A DNA stretch of 64,000 nucleotides from Candidatus Bathyarchaeota archaeon (GTDB lineage Archaea > Thermoproteota > Bathyarchaeia > Bathyarchaeales > Bathycorpusculaceae): NCBI GenBank assembly GCA_963833575.1, contig CAWHXY010000004.1, positions 64,001 to 128,000 of the forward strand. The letters run 5' to 3'. Of the stretch, positions 54,916-64,000 are shown piece by piece. Positions within the stretch are counted from its first letter, which is position 1. Each line of letters begins with the position of its first letter. A program made the position numbers and the translations under genes. The notes under the pieces were generated by a model. The model did not search any database, was not told where the DNA came from, and worked only from the letters and a program-made list of their open reading frames with translations.

Positions 54916-55129
54916 GTTGATAAACCTTGGACGGAACAAAACATGAAACCAGTTATAGAACATTTTGGATTGTTTGGAATTCATTTCTGGTCATTGCCTA
55001 TAAGATGAGAGTCAAAGCTGGATGTTGCCTTTTCAACCTAGATTTCAATAAACGGATAGGTTTTTAGCAAATAGACTTTCCTAATGAAGTAATATTTTTA
55101 AGTGCAAAGTTGAGAATCGCTAACTGATG

Positions 55130-55591
55130 TTAAATGGCAGTTGCGTCAAGTAAGCGTTTGACTTCTGGGATTCTGAGTGCAAGTTTGAGGTTTTCTTTCT
55201 TTGAAAGAGCTTTTTGAATTTTGACTTTGACTGGGAAATTGTTTGCATTATAGAAGCTTTGGATGGAGTGGCTGTAGGTGCAAGCGAGGTTTACTGATAC
55301 TCCGCTTTTTCCGCTAAATTTTGAGTTTTGGAATCCGTTGCGTGTTGACCTGTACTCTGTTCTTAAATATTCAAAAAAGCCTATTATTTTTCTTTGAGAC
55401 GCTCCTTTTTCCCTGCCACTTTTCTTAGAGTCTGCTTCAGCTTCATCAATAAGTTCTACCGGGGTCATTTTGGTGTATTCTGTGAATGCTTTGAGTGCAG
55501 AAGTGTAGACAGTTTTAGTTCCTTTGCTCTTTCCTTTGAGCCAGTTCTGAACTTCTGTGTACCGCGTCAAATTGGTTATGTCTTTGGACAT
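55130..55591 (-). pseudogene. N-terminal fragment of a tyrosine recombinase/integrase
   Basis: T---Y--AL--F-EY--MTP-ELI...IQSFY...EVKRLLDA, then a stop before the catalytic domain. Confidence 0.7.
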
Positions 55592-55795
55592 AGAATATGT
55601 ACAAAAGAGGACATATATAAGAATTATTGATACTTATCTTGTCAAATAATAATTTACCTATAACCTGCACAACAAAAAACCCGATAAACTACAAAAAATA
55701 GTTTTTTAACCATTCCCCAAGCAAGCTTTTTCCCCTTTTTGTCGAATGATTTAAAAAGTCATTTGAAAATTAAACATTTGGAGAAGGCTAATTAA

Positions 55796-56941
55796 TTGGG
55801 GATTGCGGCAGCTTTAGACATTAGCATCTTTATCCCGGTTTACAAAGAATCAAATCAAGTAGCCAACATGCTAAAGGAGCTAAATTCTGAAGACGTTTCA
55901 AAAGAAATCTTTGTAACAGTTGACGCGCCAACAAACGAATTCTTGCAAGAAATAAAAAGCCTTGAGAATAAAAACGTTAAATTTATAGTTAACAAAGAAC
56001 GCGTGGGCAAAGCAAATGCTGTAAACAGCACAGTAAAATTGTCCTCGGGCAAAGTGCTACTTTTCTTAGATTCGGATGTTCAAATAAGCAGTGACACAGA
56101 TTTTCTAAGAAAAATCATCATGGAAACCCAAACCGCTGACATTGTTGACATAAAAAAAAGAGTAATAAAAGGAAAATCACTTCTCTCCAAAATGGCTTAT
56201 TACGAATACTTCACCTACAATGTCAGCGCGTGGTTATCTTCAAAATACCTGCATAAATGTCCTGCTGTTAACGGAGCTGCATTTGCAATTAAACGGGAAA
56301 CGTTTGAGAAAGTCGGCGGCTTCCACAAAGTAATTGCAGAAGACATCGATCTTGCAACAAGAGCATTCTTGCAAGATAGCAGTTTTGCCTATTCAACCGA
56401 TATTGAAGTAAAAAACGTTGTTTATTCTGACTGGCAAAAATGGTTGACCCAACGAAGAAGATGGGCAATAGGACAAGCCTCATGGCTAGTCTGTTGGTAC
56501 CGCGATTTAGCTAAAAAATTTGTTAAGAAACCTCAAGTTTTCCTTCCAGGTCTATTCTTTCTTTACCCTTCCGTCGCCATGTTCCTCTTAAGCGCCGTTG
56601 TGCCTGGTCTTTGGATGTATAATTCCTTACTGGTTTTCTCGTTATTTCTTTCAGTAAAATTCAACATTATGTTACCGGTGTTTCTTGTTTCGCTTGGAAC
56701 TGCGAATCTGCTAAAGATTTTGGCAATTTCGCTATTCGGTTTTGCCTTAACTGCAGCTGTATTCTACGGATTCTCAAGAAAGTTGGGATTTCGCGAGATG
56801 AAAATTCACGAATTCTTCGTTTACTATTTTATCTACTCGTCGCTTTGGATGGCTATAATAATTATTGGTCACATACAAGTGATTGTTTTCCGCAAAAAAG
56901 TTGCTCCAGGCTGGACAACAGAACCGCTGAAAGCAATTTAG
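55796..56941 (+). CDS. Family 2 membrane glycosyltransferase
   Basis: IPVYKE, GKANAVN, FLDSD, AEDID, QRRRW. Confidence 0.92.
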   Translation: MGIAAALDISIFIPVYKESNQVANMLKELNSEDVSKEIFVTVDAPTNEFLQEIKSLENKNVKFIVNKERVGKANAVNSTVKLSSGKVLLFLDSDVQISSDTDFLRKIIMETQTADIVDIKKRVIKGKSLLSKMAYYEYFTYNVSAWLSSKYLHKCPAVNGAAFAIKRETFEKVGGFHKVIAEDIDLATRAFLQDSSFAYSTDIEVKNVVYSDWQKWLTQRRRWAIGQASWLVCWYRDLAKKFVKKPQVFLPGLFFLYPSVAMFLLSAVVPGLWMYNSLLVFSLFLSVKFNIMLPVFLVSLGTANLLKILAISLFGFALTAAVFYGFSRKLGFREMKIHEFFVYYFIYSSLWMAIIIIGHIQVIVFRKKVAPGWTTEPLKAI

Positions 56942-56947
56942 AACTGG

Positions 56948-57658
56948 TCAATCTTTTTTCATTGCTTTTGTTTTGAGTTCTTTAGGCATTAACTCAATAG
57001 CATATCGCAGTGCAGTTCGGGGAATAACCTTCTTGTTTCGTAAAATGTAATTGTAGACTTCTTTTTGGTGCTGTCGGCTTTCCTCTTTTAGTAGCCACCC
57101 ATAACCCTTCTGCACCATATCATCGCCATCTGTTAGTAGCATGTCACTTATTTCGAATGCGTCTTTTAGGAAACACCCCTTTTTCGCCGGAACTATTAGT
57201 GAAACTGCCGCAGCCCGTTTAAGCCAACGATTTCCAGATTTAGCCCAGCTTTTAACTTCGCTTACAATCTGTGGGTATTTCTGAATCAGGTCGCCGATGG
57301 TATGGTTGCATAAGCCATCGCATTTCGCCCAATTATTGATATATTTTTCAATCCATGATTTGAAAGTTGTCAAATCGCTTGGCTCAAGGTTGTCAATATA
57401 GTTTGGCAGCCAATATGCGACAACAAAAGCTTCTTCTGTATAGTCTGAACAGTAAAGTTCTTCGCAAAGAGCAAAAATTGTTTCTTTATCTAAGGTTTGA
57501 ACTTGTTTCCAGTATTTCTTTGCGATTTTGCTAACATTTTCAGTTTTGACGCCGTAGTATTTTACTTGTTCTTTGAAGAACCGCTGAAAACTTTTTTGGG
57601 CTTGCGAATCGGTGTTAGCTCTTAGTTCTGCTCTGATTTGGGCAAGAATAATGTTCAT
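56948..57658 (-). CDS. alkD: DNA alkylation repair protein (AlkD family)
   Basis: YGVK, INNWAKCD, W-KS-NRWLKR, MVQKGYGWLLKE, RTALRYAIE. Confidence 0.9.
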   Translation of the reverse strand: MNIILAQIRAELRANTDSQAQKSFQRFFKEQVKYYGVKTENVSKIAKKYWKQVQTLDKETIFALCEELYCSDYTEEAFVVAYWLPNYIDNLEPSDLTTFKSWIEKYINNWAKCDGLCNHTIGDLIQKYPQIVSEVKSWAKSGNRWLKRAAAVSLIVPAKKGCFLKDAFEISDMLLTDGDDMVQKGYGWLLKEESRQHQKEVYNYILRNKKVIPRTALRYAIELMPKELKTKAMKKD

Positions 57659-57739
57659 GGCAATTGTAGCGGTTTTCTGAGAATAATAGCTTTACTTAAA
57701 AATCAAATAAAAAGAACAAAAATAAGAAAAGAATTGAGC

Positions 57740-58027
57740 TCAGTAGTCTTCCATTTGGTAGAGGCCGAAGTCAATGTTTAATGGTTTTTCAGGATCACAT
57801 GAGTCTTCAAGATCGTAGAGGTTTGATGTGGCTTTGTCTAAGCGGCTTGTTCTCTTGCTTGGCACTTTAGATTTTACCATCCTGACTTTTGTTTTGCCTT
57901 TAGGTTTACGTACGATTTGTGAGCTGCCAAGTACCATTGAATGGTCGATGGTTTTTGGAACGATCTCAACTTTTAGATCGTCAATGCCAAATGGCTTTAG
58001 TGCGTCTTCATGTAAGTGTTTAGTCAA
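57740..58027 (-). CDS. Hypothetical protein coupled to the RHH gene; acidic/aromatic C-terminal tail
   Basis: TTG start overlaps the RHH stop by 8 nt; ends DPEKPLNIDFGLYQMEDY. Confidence 0.7.
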   Translation of the reverse strand: MTKHLHEDALKPFGIDDLKVEIVPKTIDHSMVLGSSQIVRKPKGKTKVRMVKSKVPSKRTSRLDKATSNLYDLEDSCDPEKPLNIDFGLYQMEDY

Positions 58028-58175
58028 CGCCTTTTCGCCTCCAGACCTCAGCGCTGATTAAGTCTCTTACAGCTACTCGGATAGCTTCGGCACGGTTCGG
58101 ATAGAACCTTTCGCCGACAAGCTGATCCAAAGCTTTTATATACGTTTCAGGTAAATATAGAGTAATCATCTTCAA
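58020..58175 (-). CDS. Ribbon-helix-helix regulator, CdrS-like (51 aa)
   Basis: Manual translation: MKMITLYLPETYIKALDQLVGERFYPNRAEAIRVAVRDLISAEVWRRKGVD. Confidence 0.88.
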   Translation of the reverse strand: MKMITLYLPETYIKALDQLVGERFYPNRAEAIRVAVRDLISAEVWRRKGVD

Positions 58176-58388
58176 CAGTTATTTCTCCCATTAGTGATTG
58201 AATAACCAAACAAGAGCTTATCACATATACATGTATATAATATGCTACAAATATGCTGCAAACATGTTCATGCCATAGCATATAAGCGTTTAATGGGCTA
58301 TGTTGCAGGTTTCTGTCAATTTTTGCTGAGCAACCTTTAAGTTTTTATCTCTTGTTGAAGCTTCTTACGATCCGGTGATACATGGAAA

Positions 58389-59684
58389 TTGCAGGTTTTC
58401 GTTAGAAGCTTTGGCTGTTCAGCGAACACAGCCGATAGCGAGGTCTTGGCAGGCTGCTTAGCACAGGCTGGTTATCAACTTGCAACTTCAGAAGCTGACG
58501 CTGACGTGCTAATATACAATACCTGCGCGGTTAAGGGACCGACGGAAAATCGCATCATCAACGCCCTTAAAAATGTGCCAAAAGATAAGAAGCTGATTGT
58601 CGCAGGCTGTTTGCCTATGATTAGTTTTGAGCGTGTCCAACGCGAAGTTCATTTTAACGCAGCAATTGGACCTTCAGCTGGCAAACAAATAGTTGACATA
58701 GTTTCCCGCGTTATAGCAGGCGAAAGAGTCACATCCCTATCAAACATAAACCCCAAACCCAAACTTGACCTTCCAAGAGTAAAAAATAATCCATTCATTA
58801 GCGTTATCCCGATCAATTTCGGCTGTCTCGGCTCCTGCGCATACTGTTGCGTCATCAATGCCCGCGGACATCTGAGAAGTTACAGCATCAAGGAAATAAC
58901 CGATCGCATTAAAAGTGATTATGCGGCAGGTGCCAAAGAATTTTGGCTGACTTCACAGGACACCGCCGCTTATGGAAGAGATTTAGGAACTGACCTTGCA
59001 GAGTTACTTGAAGCAATTAGGGGTTTGTCAGATAATTTTCGGGTAAGGGTTGGGATGATGACACCGAATTTAGTCACAGAAATGCAAAGTCGCCTCATTA
59101 CTGCTTTTGACAGCCCTAAAATCTTCAAGTTTCTACATTTGCCAGTTCAAAGCGGCGACGACATAGTACTCCAACACATGCGAAGATTCTATACTTCAAT
59201 GGAGTTCAAATGCACAGTAGACACATTTAGAGCAGAATTTCCCAATTTAACTTTGGCTACAGATGTTATTGTTGGTTTTCCAGGCGAAACCGAAGAAGCT
59301 TTTGAGAATACGCTGAAACTTTTGAAAGAAGTGAAACCTGATGTGATGAATGTGTCCAAGTTTTTTGCGAGACCCAAAACCGTAGCTGCAAGGATAAATG
59401 ATGGTCTAGTTGATCGGGAAGAAATTAAGCGTAGAAGCACAGTTGCGGCTGAGTTGGCGAGGAATCTTTCTTTGGAGAGGAATCAGCGTTGGGTCGGCTG
59501 GGTTGGAGAAGTATTGATTGATGAGAAGGGCAAAGTAGAGGGTTCTTGGGTGGGACGTAATTTTGCCTACAAACCAGTCGCTGTCAGAAGCGTGGATAAC
59601 TTGTTAGGCAAGGTGTTAAGGGTTGAGGTTATAGAAGCGTCGGCTACTTATCTAAAAGGAATATTACAAGCAAAATCGCAATGA
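58389..59684 (+). CDS. tRNA methylthiotransferase (MiaB-like, archaeal MtaB type)
   Basis: FGCSAN, NTCAVK, CLGSCAYC radical SAM motif, HLPVQSG, TRAM domain. Confidence 0.93.
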   Translation: MQVFVRSFGCSANTADSEVLAGCLAQAGYQLATSEADADVLIYNTCAVKGPTENRIINALKNVPKDKKLIVAGCLPMISFERVQREVHFNAAIGPSAGKQIVDIVSRVIAGERVTSLSNINPKPKLDLPRVKNNPFISVIPINFGCLGSCAYCCVINARGHLRSYSIKEITDRIKSDYAAGAKEFWLTSQDTAAYGRDLGTDLAELLEAIRGLSDNFRVRVGMMTPNLVTEMQSRLITAFDSPKIFKFLHLPVQSGDDIVLQHMRRFYTSMEFKCTVDTFRAEFPNLTLATDVIVGFPGETEEAFENTLKLLKEVKPDVMNVSKFFARPKTVAARINDGLVDREEIKRRSTVAAELARNLSLERNQRWVGWVGEVLIDEKGKVEGSWVGRNFAYKPVAVRSVDNLLGKVLRVEVIEASATYLKGILQAKSQ

Positions 59685-59757
59685 TTTTATTTTTTGAAAT
59701 TGTTTTTGTTTTTAGACAAGCTATATACGGTTAATTGAAAAGTAACTTTGTTGACTA

Positions 59758-60804
59758 ATGATGGGTGTACTGAGAAAGAAAAGTTTTGGCAAATGGCTGA
59801 AAATTGCCATTGTCTTGCTTTTGGCCACCTTAATTATCACCGCTTATTTTTGGATTACTACAGGAACAAGCAACTCAAACAATTACGATCAAAGGTTCAA
59901 AGATAACCCTAAGGCTGCAGTTAATATCCTTGCCAATGGTGACGTTGTTGGTCCGTCGGGTTATTCATCAGTGCCTATAGAGCGTAACGGGAACATTTAC
60001 ACTTTAACGGCAGATATGAATCGGGAACTCATCATATCAAGAAGCAATATAGTGTTTGAAGGAAAAAGTTTCACGACAGGCATGCAAAACATGGCTAGCA
60101 ACCACCAAACAATCGCTTTATCAAGCGTTAAAAACGTAACTATAAAAGATGTAAATATTGTCGGAACCTACTTCGACATTTCCTTGCAACATGCCCAAAA
60201 CAACACAATACAAAACGTCACTGGAGGAACAATTAACCTCTGGGATTCAACAAATAACATTATTACTCAAAGTACCGCTACAATCGAGTTCCAAGACTCT
60301 AACCATAACACAATAATAAAATGTAACACAGGCGCCTTCCAATTTTCCTCATCAAACTATAACTCAATTCTCAACAACAACTGCTCCGGTTCCGGGCGGG
60401 CTCTGTATCTAGCGGACTCATCAAACAACGTATTTTTCGGCAATACATTCACAAAGTTTTGGTGGTGGATAAGCATGTATGGTAATTCTTCCAATAATAC
60501 AATTGTTGGAAACGATATCCGAACCCGTCAACTATACCTTGCCGACAACTTAGTAGGAATTAACTACATCTATCACAACAACTTTATCGATTTCAAATGG
60601 AACAAAACCACCTCAACGAACTCAGCTAACATATGGAGCAGTAATGGAGAAGGAAACTACTGGAGCGACTTCAACGGGACAGACGCAAACCATGACGGAA
60701 TAAGCGATACACCCTACCTAATTGATGCCACAAACATTGACAGTTATCCTCTGATGAATCCAGTGGACATCGCCAATGGACTACCTCCAGCAATCAATAA
60801 ATAG
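59758..60804 (+). CDS. Secreted beta-helix (NosD-like) protein
   Basis: TM anchor, Asn-rich repeats, GNYWSDFNGTDANHDGISD. Confidence 0.85.
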   Translation: MMGVLRKKSFGKWLKIAIVLLLATLIITAYFWITTGTSNSNNYDQRFKDNPKAAVNILANGDVVGPSGYSSVPIERNGNIYTLTADMNRELIISRSNIVFEGKSFTTGMQNMASNHQTIALSSVKNVTIKDVNIVGTYFDISLQHAQNNTIQNVTGGTINLWDSTNNIITQSTATIEFQDSNHNTIIKCNTGAFQFSSSNYNSILNNNCSGSGRALYLADSSNNVFFGNTFTKFWWWISMYGNSSNNTIVGNDIRTRQLYLADNLVGINYIYHNNFIDFKWNKTTSTNSANIWSSNGEGNYWSDFNGTDANHDGISDTPYLIDATNIDSYPLMNPVDIANGLPPAINK

Positions 60805-60969
60805 ATAAAGCCTAAAATCAAATCGCATTTAACATGAAACCGTACATTTTTAGCAATCGATAAACTGGTGGGTTAAAAACCCAAAAAGTTAACTTTGCCT
60901 AAAGTGGAGCACCTTTAAGAATTATTGGTTGTCCTCTTTCTGCGATATTGGTTGAGGTTTAATTAATAA

Positions 60970-61218
60970 TTAGGATTTATCAGTTGTAGCTAACTCAAAA
61001 ACTGAAGAGTTCTTTATGGCTTTTCTGGGACAGCCATCAGCACAAAGGTAACAGAAGATGCATTTGTCAAGGCTTAATTGAGGATATTTCTTTCCTTCAA
61101 CATCAACCATTTCTATAGCTTTTGATGGGCAATTTAGACTACATAAACCGCAACCGATGCAGAGTTCAATATCGAATATTGGTTGTCCTCGAAAGTTTTC
61201 CGGCAGTTTAATCTCCAT
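60970..61218 (-). CDS. 2x[4Fe-4S] ferredoxin-like protein (NuoI-like)
   Basis: FRG-P, CIGCGLCSLNCP, CIFCYLCADGCP, FELA. Confidence 0.88.
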   Translation of the reverse strand: MEIKLPENFRGQPIFDIELCIGCGLCSLNCPSKAIEMVDVEGKKYPQLSLDKCIFCYLCADGCPRKAIKNSSVFELATTDKS

Positions 61219-61515
61219 GATGGGTCACCTATTTGTCGCTGAATCATAAGAGGTATGAGATATCACTCTTTTTAACATTAGATTTTATGATGACTTTTTT
61301 CGACGTTATTTAATTCAAAGGGATAGATAATTTGTCAAAAAAAAATTGTCAGATAAGTAAAATGTGTACTAAGTAGAGTGTCTATCGCGCGCGAATGCCG
61401 ATTTGAAGTCTACGTCAAATTTACAAATTATTTCAACCGTTCTAAAAAGTCGAGGAAAATTTATGGAGCTATGTTTGGGTTCTTTTTTTCTTTAATAAAA
61501 TTCTAAATTAATTGG

Positions 61516-62046
61516 TTATAATTGTAGGTCGGCCATTTCCACTCTTCTGCGAAGTAACCTTGACCGCGTTTCAGCATAAACCTTCTTATCACTTAAAGAA
61601 AGACCAAGGTCATTAGCGGTTATCGCTAAAAGTTTTTGTACAAGAATTTGAGCAGCTCTTCCAATTTCTTCGATAGGAACGGTTGTTTCGTCACATGTTC
61701 CTATGCAACAGCATGCAAATGGAAAGTTCAAATCAACCTCAATTTTGTTTTTTTCGTAATCATAGTCCATTATTGTAAATGGTTCCATTCTGCAAACTTG
61801 AGGTCTCACAGGGTAAATATCACATTTATTATCTTTTGTTAGAAAATAGCAGCTTTCATCTTTTTTTCTAAGGATCCAACGAACCCCGTTTGTGTCTGGG
61901 CTGCTCAAAAAATCAGTGAAGCCTCTTGCTTCAATACGTTTCTGTTCGGTTTTACTCACATCTGGTGGCTGCATGCGGCAACAGGCACCACAGTTTTTGC
62001 ATCGAAAACCCACAGAATCAGGGAAGACTACGTTGTTAAAGTTCAA
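61516..62046 (-). CDS. YkgJ family CxxCxxCC protein
   Basis: CKNCGACC...CYFL...CDIYPVRPQVCRMEPF. Confidence 0.9.
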   Translation of the reverse strand: MNFNNVVFPDSVGFRCKNCGACCRMQPPDVSKTEQKRIEARGFTDFLSSPDTNGVRWILRKKDESCYFLTKDNKCDIYPVRPQVCRMEPFTIMDYDYEKNKIEVDLNFPFACCCIGTCDETTVPIEEIGRAAQILVQKLLAITANDLGLSLSDKKVYAETRSRLLRRRVEMADLQL

Positions 62047-62166
62047 GGTGAAGATGGATTGGAAAAAATGCTTTATTTAGGTTGTGTGACGAAACTCAAA
62101 TAACGTTTGATGAGTTATGTGAATACTTAAATAATTTCAGCTCTTGTATTTTCTCCGGGCTGAGTT

Positions 62167-63594
62167 ATGAACACCACGGAATCAAAGATTTGCTTTTTTA
62201 ATACGCTAACGCGAAAAAAAGAAGTTTTTAAGCCGTTGGAAGCAGGCAAAGTGAAAATGTACACCTGCGGTCCAACCGTTTACGATTACGCTCATATTGG
62301 TAATTTTCGTGCTTTCTTGTTTGAAGACTTGTTGAAGCGTTGGCTTATGCGACGAGGCTTCAAAGTCGCCCACGTAATGAATTTGACAGATATTGATGAT
62401 AAGACTATCAAAGGCAGCCAAAAGCAACAGGTGCCGCTTAGGCAATTCACTGAGTTCTATGTTAACGCATTCTTTGAAGACATCAAAGCCCTCAACATTC
62501 AACCTGCCGACGTTTATCCTCGAGCCACCGATTTTGTTTCAGAGATGGTTACTTTAATCAAGACTTTGTTGATTAAGGGAATCGCTTACAAAGGTGAGGA
62601 TGGATCCATCTACTACTCTGTGTGTAAGTTTCCAAACTATGGAAAACTATCTAAAATCAAAGTGGACGAGCTTAAGGCAGGTGCAAGGGTGAAGCAAGAT
62701 GAGTATGAGAAGGAAGAAGCTCACGACTTCGCTTTGTGGAAAGCTTGGACACCAGAGGATGGCGACGTGTTTTGGGAGACCGAACTTGGCAAGGGAAGAC
62801 CAGGTTGGCACATCGAATGTTCTGCGATGTCGATGAAATATCTTGGCGAAACTTTTGATATTCACTGCGGCGGAGTCGACAACATGTTTCCTCATCATGA
62901 AAATGAAATAGCTCAAAGCGAGGCAGCGACAGGCAAGAAGTTTGTTGATTATTGGATGCATAATGAGCACTTGCTTGTTGAAGGCAAAAAAATGGCTAAG
63001 CGCCTTGGCAACTTCTACACTCTTCGCGACCTGCTGGCGAAGGGTTATGATCCAATTGCGATTAGGTACTTACTTATGTCTACTCATTATCGGCAGCAGT
63101 TTAACTTTACTTTTGAAGGGTTAGATTCTGCGAAAAGCGCTGTAGACAGACTGAGAAATTTTGTGCGCCGTTTACATGAAGTTGATGTTGGAAAGGATAG
63201 CAAAGGAAAAGTCGCCACATTAACCGCAAAGCTCGAGGCTTGCTTTGGCAGTTCAATGGATGAAGACTTAGACATTGGCACAGGGCTGGCATCATTGTTT
63301 GATTTTGTACGAGAAATAAACAACCTGCTTGATGCAAACATGATAAGCAAATCTGAGGCATCAGAAGTTGGAGGATTGATGATGCTGCTAGATGAAGTAT
63401 TGGGTGTTATTGGCAAAGTAGAGGTAGAGGAAGCCTTGACAGCAGACATTGATGTTATGGTTCAGAAACGTGAGGCAGCCAGGAAAACCAAAAATTGGAA
63501 AGAAGCTGACGAGATAAGATCGCAGCTTAAGGCAATGGGCATTGTACTTGAGGATACGGCGCAAGGTGTTCGGTGGCACAAAGAAAGAGTTTGA
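62167..63594 (+). CDS. cysS: Cysteine--tRNA ligase
   Basis: CGPTVY, HIGN, DFALWK, GRPGWHIECSAM, FPHHENE, KMAK. Confidence 0.98.
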   Translation: MNTTESKICFFNTLTRKKEVFKPLEAGKVKMYTCGPTVYDYAHIGNFRAFLFEDLLKRWLMRRGFKVAHVMNLTDIDDKTIKGSQKQQVPLRQFTEFYVNAFFEDIKALNIQPADVYPRATDFVSEMVTLIKTLLIKGIAYKGEDGSIYYSVCKFPNYGKLSKIKVDELKAGARVKQDEYEKEEAHDFALWKAWTPEDGDVFWETELGKGRPGWHIECSAMSMKYLGETFDIHCGGVDNMFPHHENEIAQSEAATGKKFVDYWMHNEHLLVEGKKMAKRLGNFYTLRDLLAKGYDPIAIRYLLMSTHYRQQFNFTFEGLDSAKSAVDRLRNFVRRLHEVDVGKDSKGKVATLTAKLEACFGSSMDEDLDIGTGLASLFDFVREINNLLDANMISKSEASEVGGLMMLLDEVLGVIGKVEVEEALTADIDVMVQKREAARKTKNWKEADEIRSQLKAMGIVLEDTAQGVRWHKERV

Positions 63595-63668
63595 AATACA
63601 TTTAGTAATTTAGTAGAAAAAGATTTTTAATGCACAAGTTTCTTTCTGCAAAGAGAGATTACTTAAAA

Positions 63669-64000
63669 ATGCAATTTGTTCCATGGCAAAACATAGCGGA
63701 GTGGCATTGCAAAGCATGCGGTTACTGCTGCAAACTTTACAGCGTAGTCCTGGGTTTTCCAGAGTGGCTAAGAATCACCCAAACCTACGGCTCAGAAACC
63801 ACCGTAGCAGGCTTAGACCGATTCTACATAAAACGTTCCAGCGACGGCTCCTGTGCATTTCTATGCAACAAAGCAAACGACTATCACTGCGCCCTGCAAA
63901 ACACGAAGCCTAACGCGTGCAAAATCTGGCCCTTCAAAGTCCTCTCTGAGCCCAAATACGGCGAACCAAACGAAGCGGCTTATGATTATGGAGGCGTGCG
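63669..64000 (+). CDS. YkgJ family CxxCxxCC protein; runs off the window
   Basis: Manual translation: MQFVPWQNIAEWHCKACGYCC...CAFL...CALQNTKPNACKIWPF. Confidence 0.85.
   Translation, partial: MQFVPWQNIAEWHCKACGYCCKLYSVVLGFPEWLRITQTYGSETTVAGLDRFYIKRSSDGSCAFLCNKANDYHCALQNTKPNACKIWPFKVLSEPKYGEPNEAAYDYGGV

Noticed and set aside
63683-63913. 76-aa track ORF
   Set aside because: Wrong frame; the real gene is the YkgJ-family frame starting at 63669

Overview
Archaeal chromosomal window. Gene content (A-type ATPase, Alba, deoxyhypusine synthase, A1:U72 tRNA-Gln, DUF996 and NosD beta-helix proteins) suggests a TACK archaeon, most likely Bathyarchaeia; this lineage call is inference. The left 27 kb is an energy and oxygen block. 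It holds a heme-copper oxidase operon (coxBAC, subunit IV, cupredoxin, heme O synthase) facing a Tat-exported GMC dehydrogenase pair that has no cytochrome c subunit. It also holds an A-type ATPase cluster whose subunit I gene is on the opposite strand, a peroxiredoxin/cytidylate-kinase-like fusion, and a GC-rich katG bounded by tRNA-Gln and a degenerate copy of the tRNA 3' end. The middle carries polyamine genes, a large secreted beta-helix protein, a MazF-type toxin-antitoxin pair and tRNA-Arg. 43.7-55.6 kb is a decayed accessory region with truncated genes, small Zn-finger ORFs, an integrase fragment and an apparently permuted MscL between two YegP genes. The right end is housekeeping. Best leads: the cytochrome-c-free aerobic module, a repeated intergenic element with 10-bp-period arrays, the permuted MscL, and a cdrS-like gene coupled to a short ORF where ftsZ would be expected. 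All family calls come from motif recognition by eye; no searches were run.
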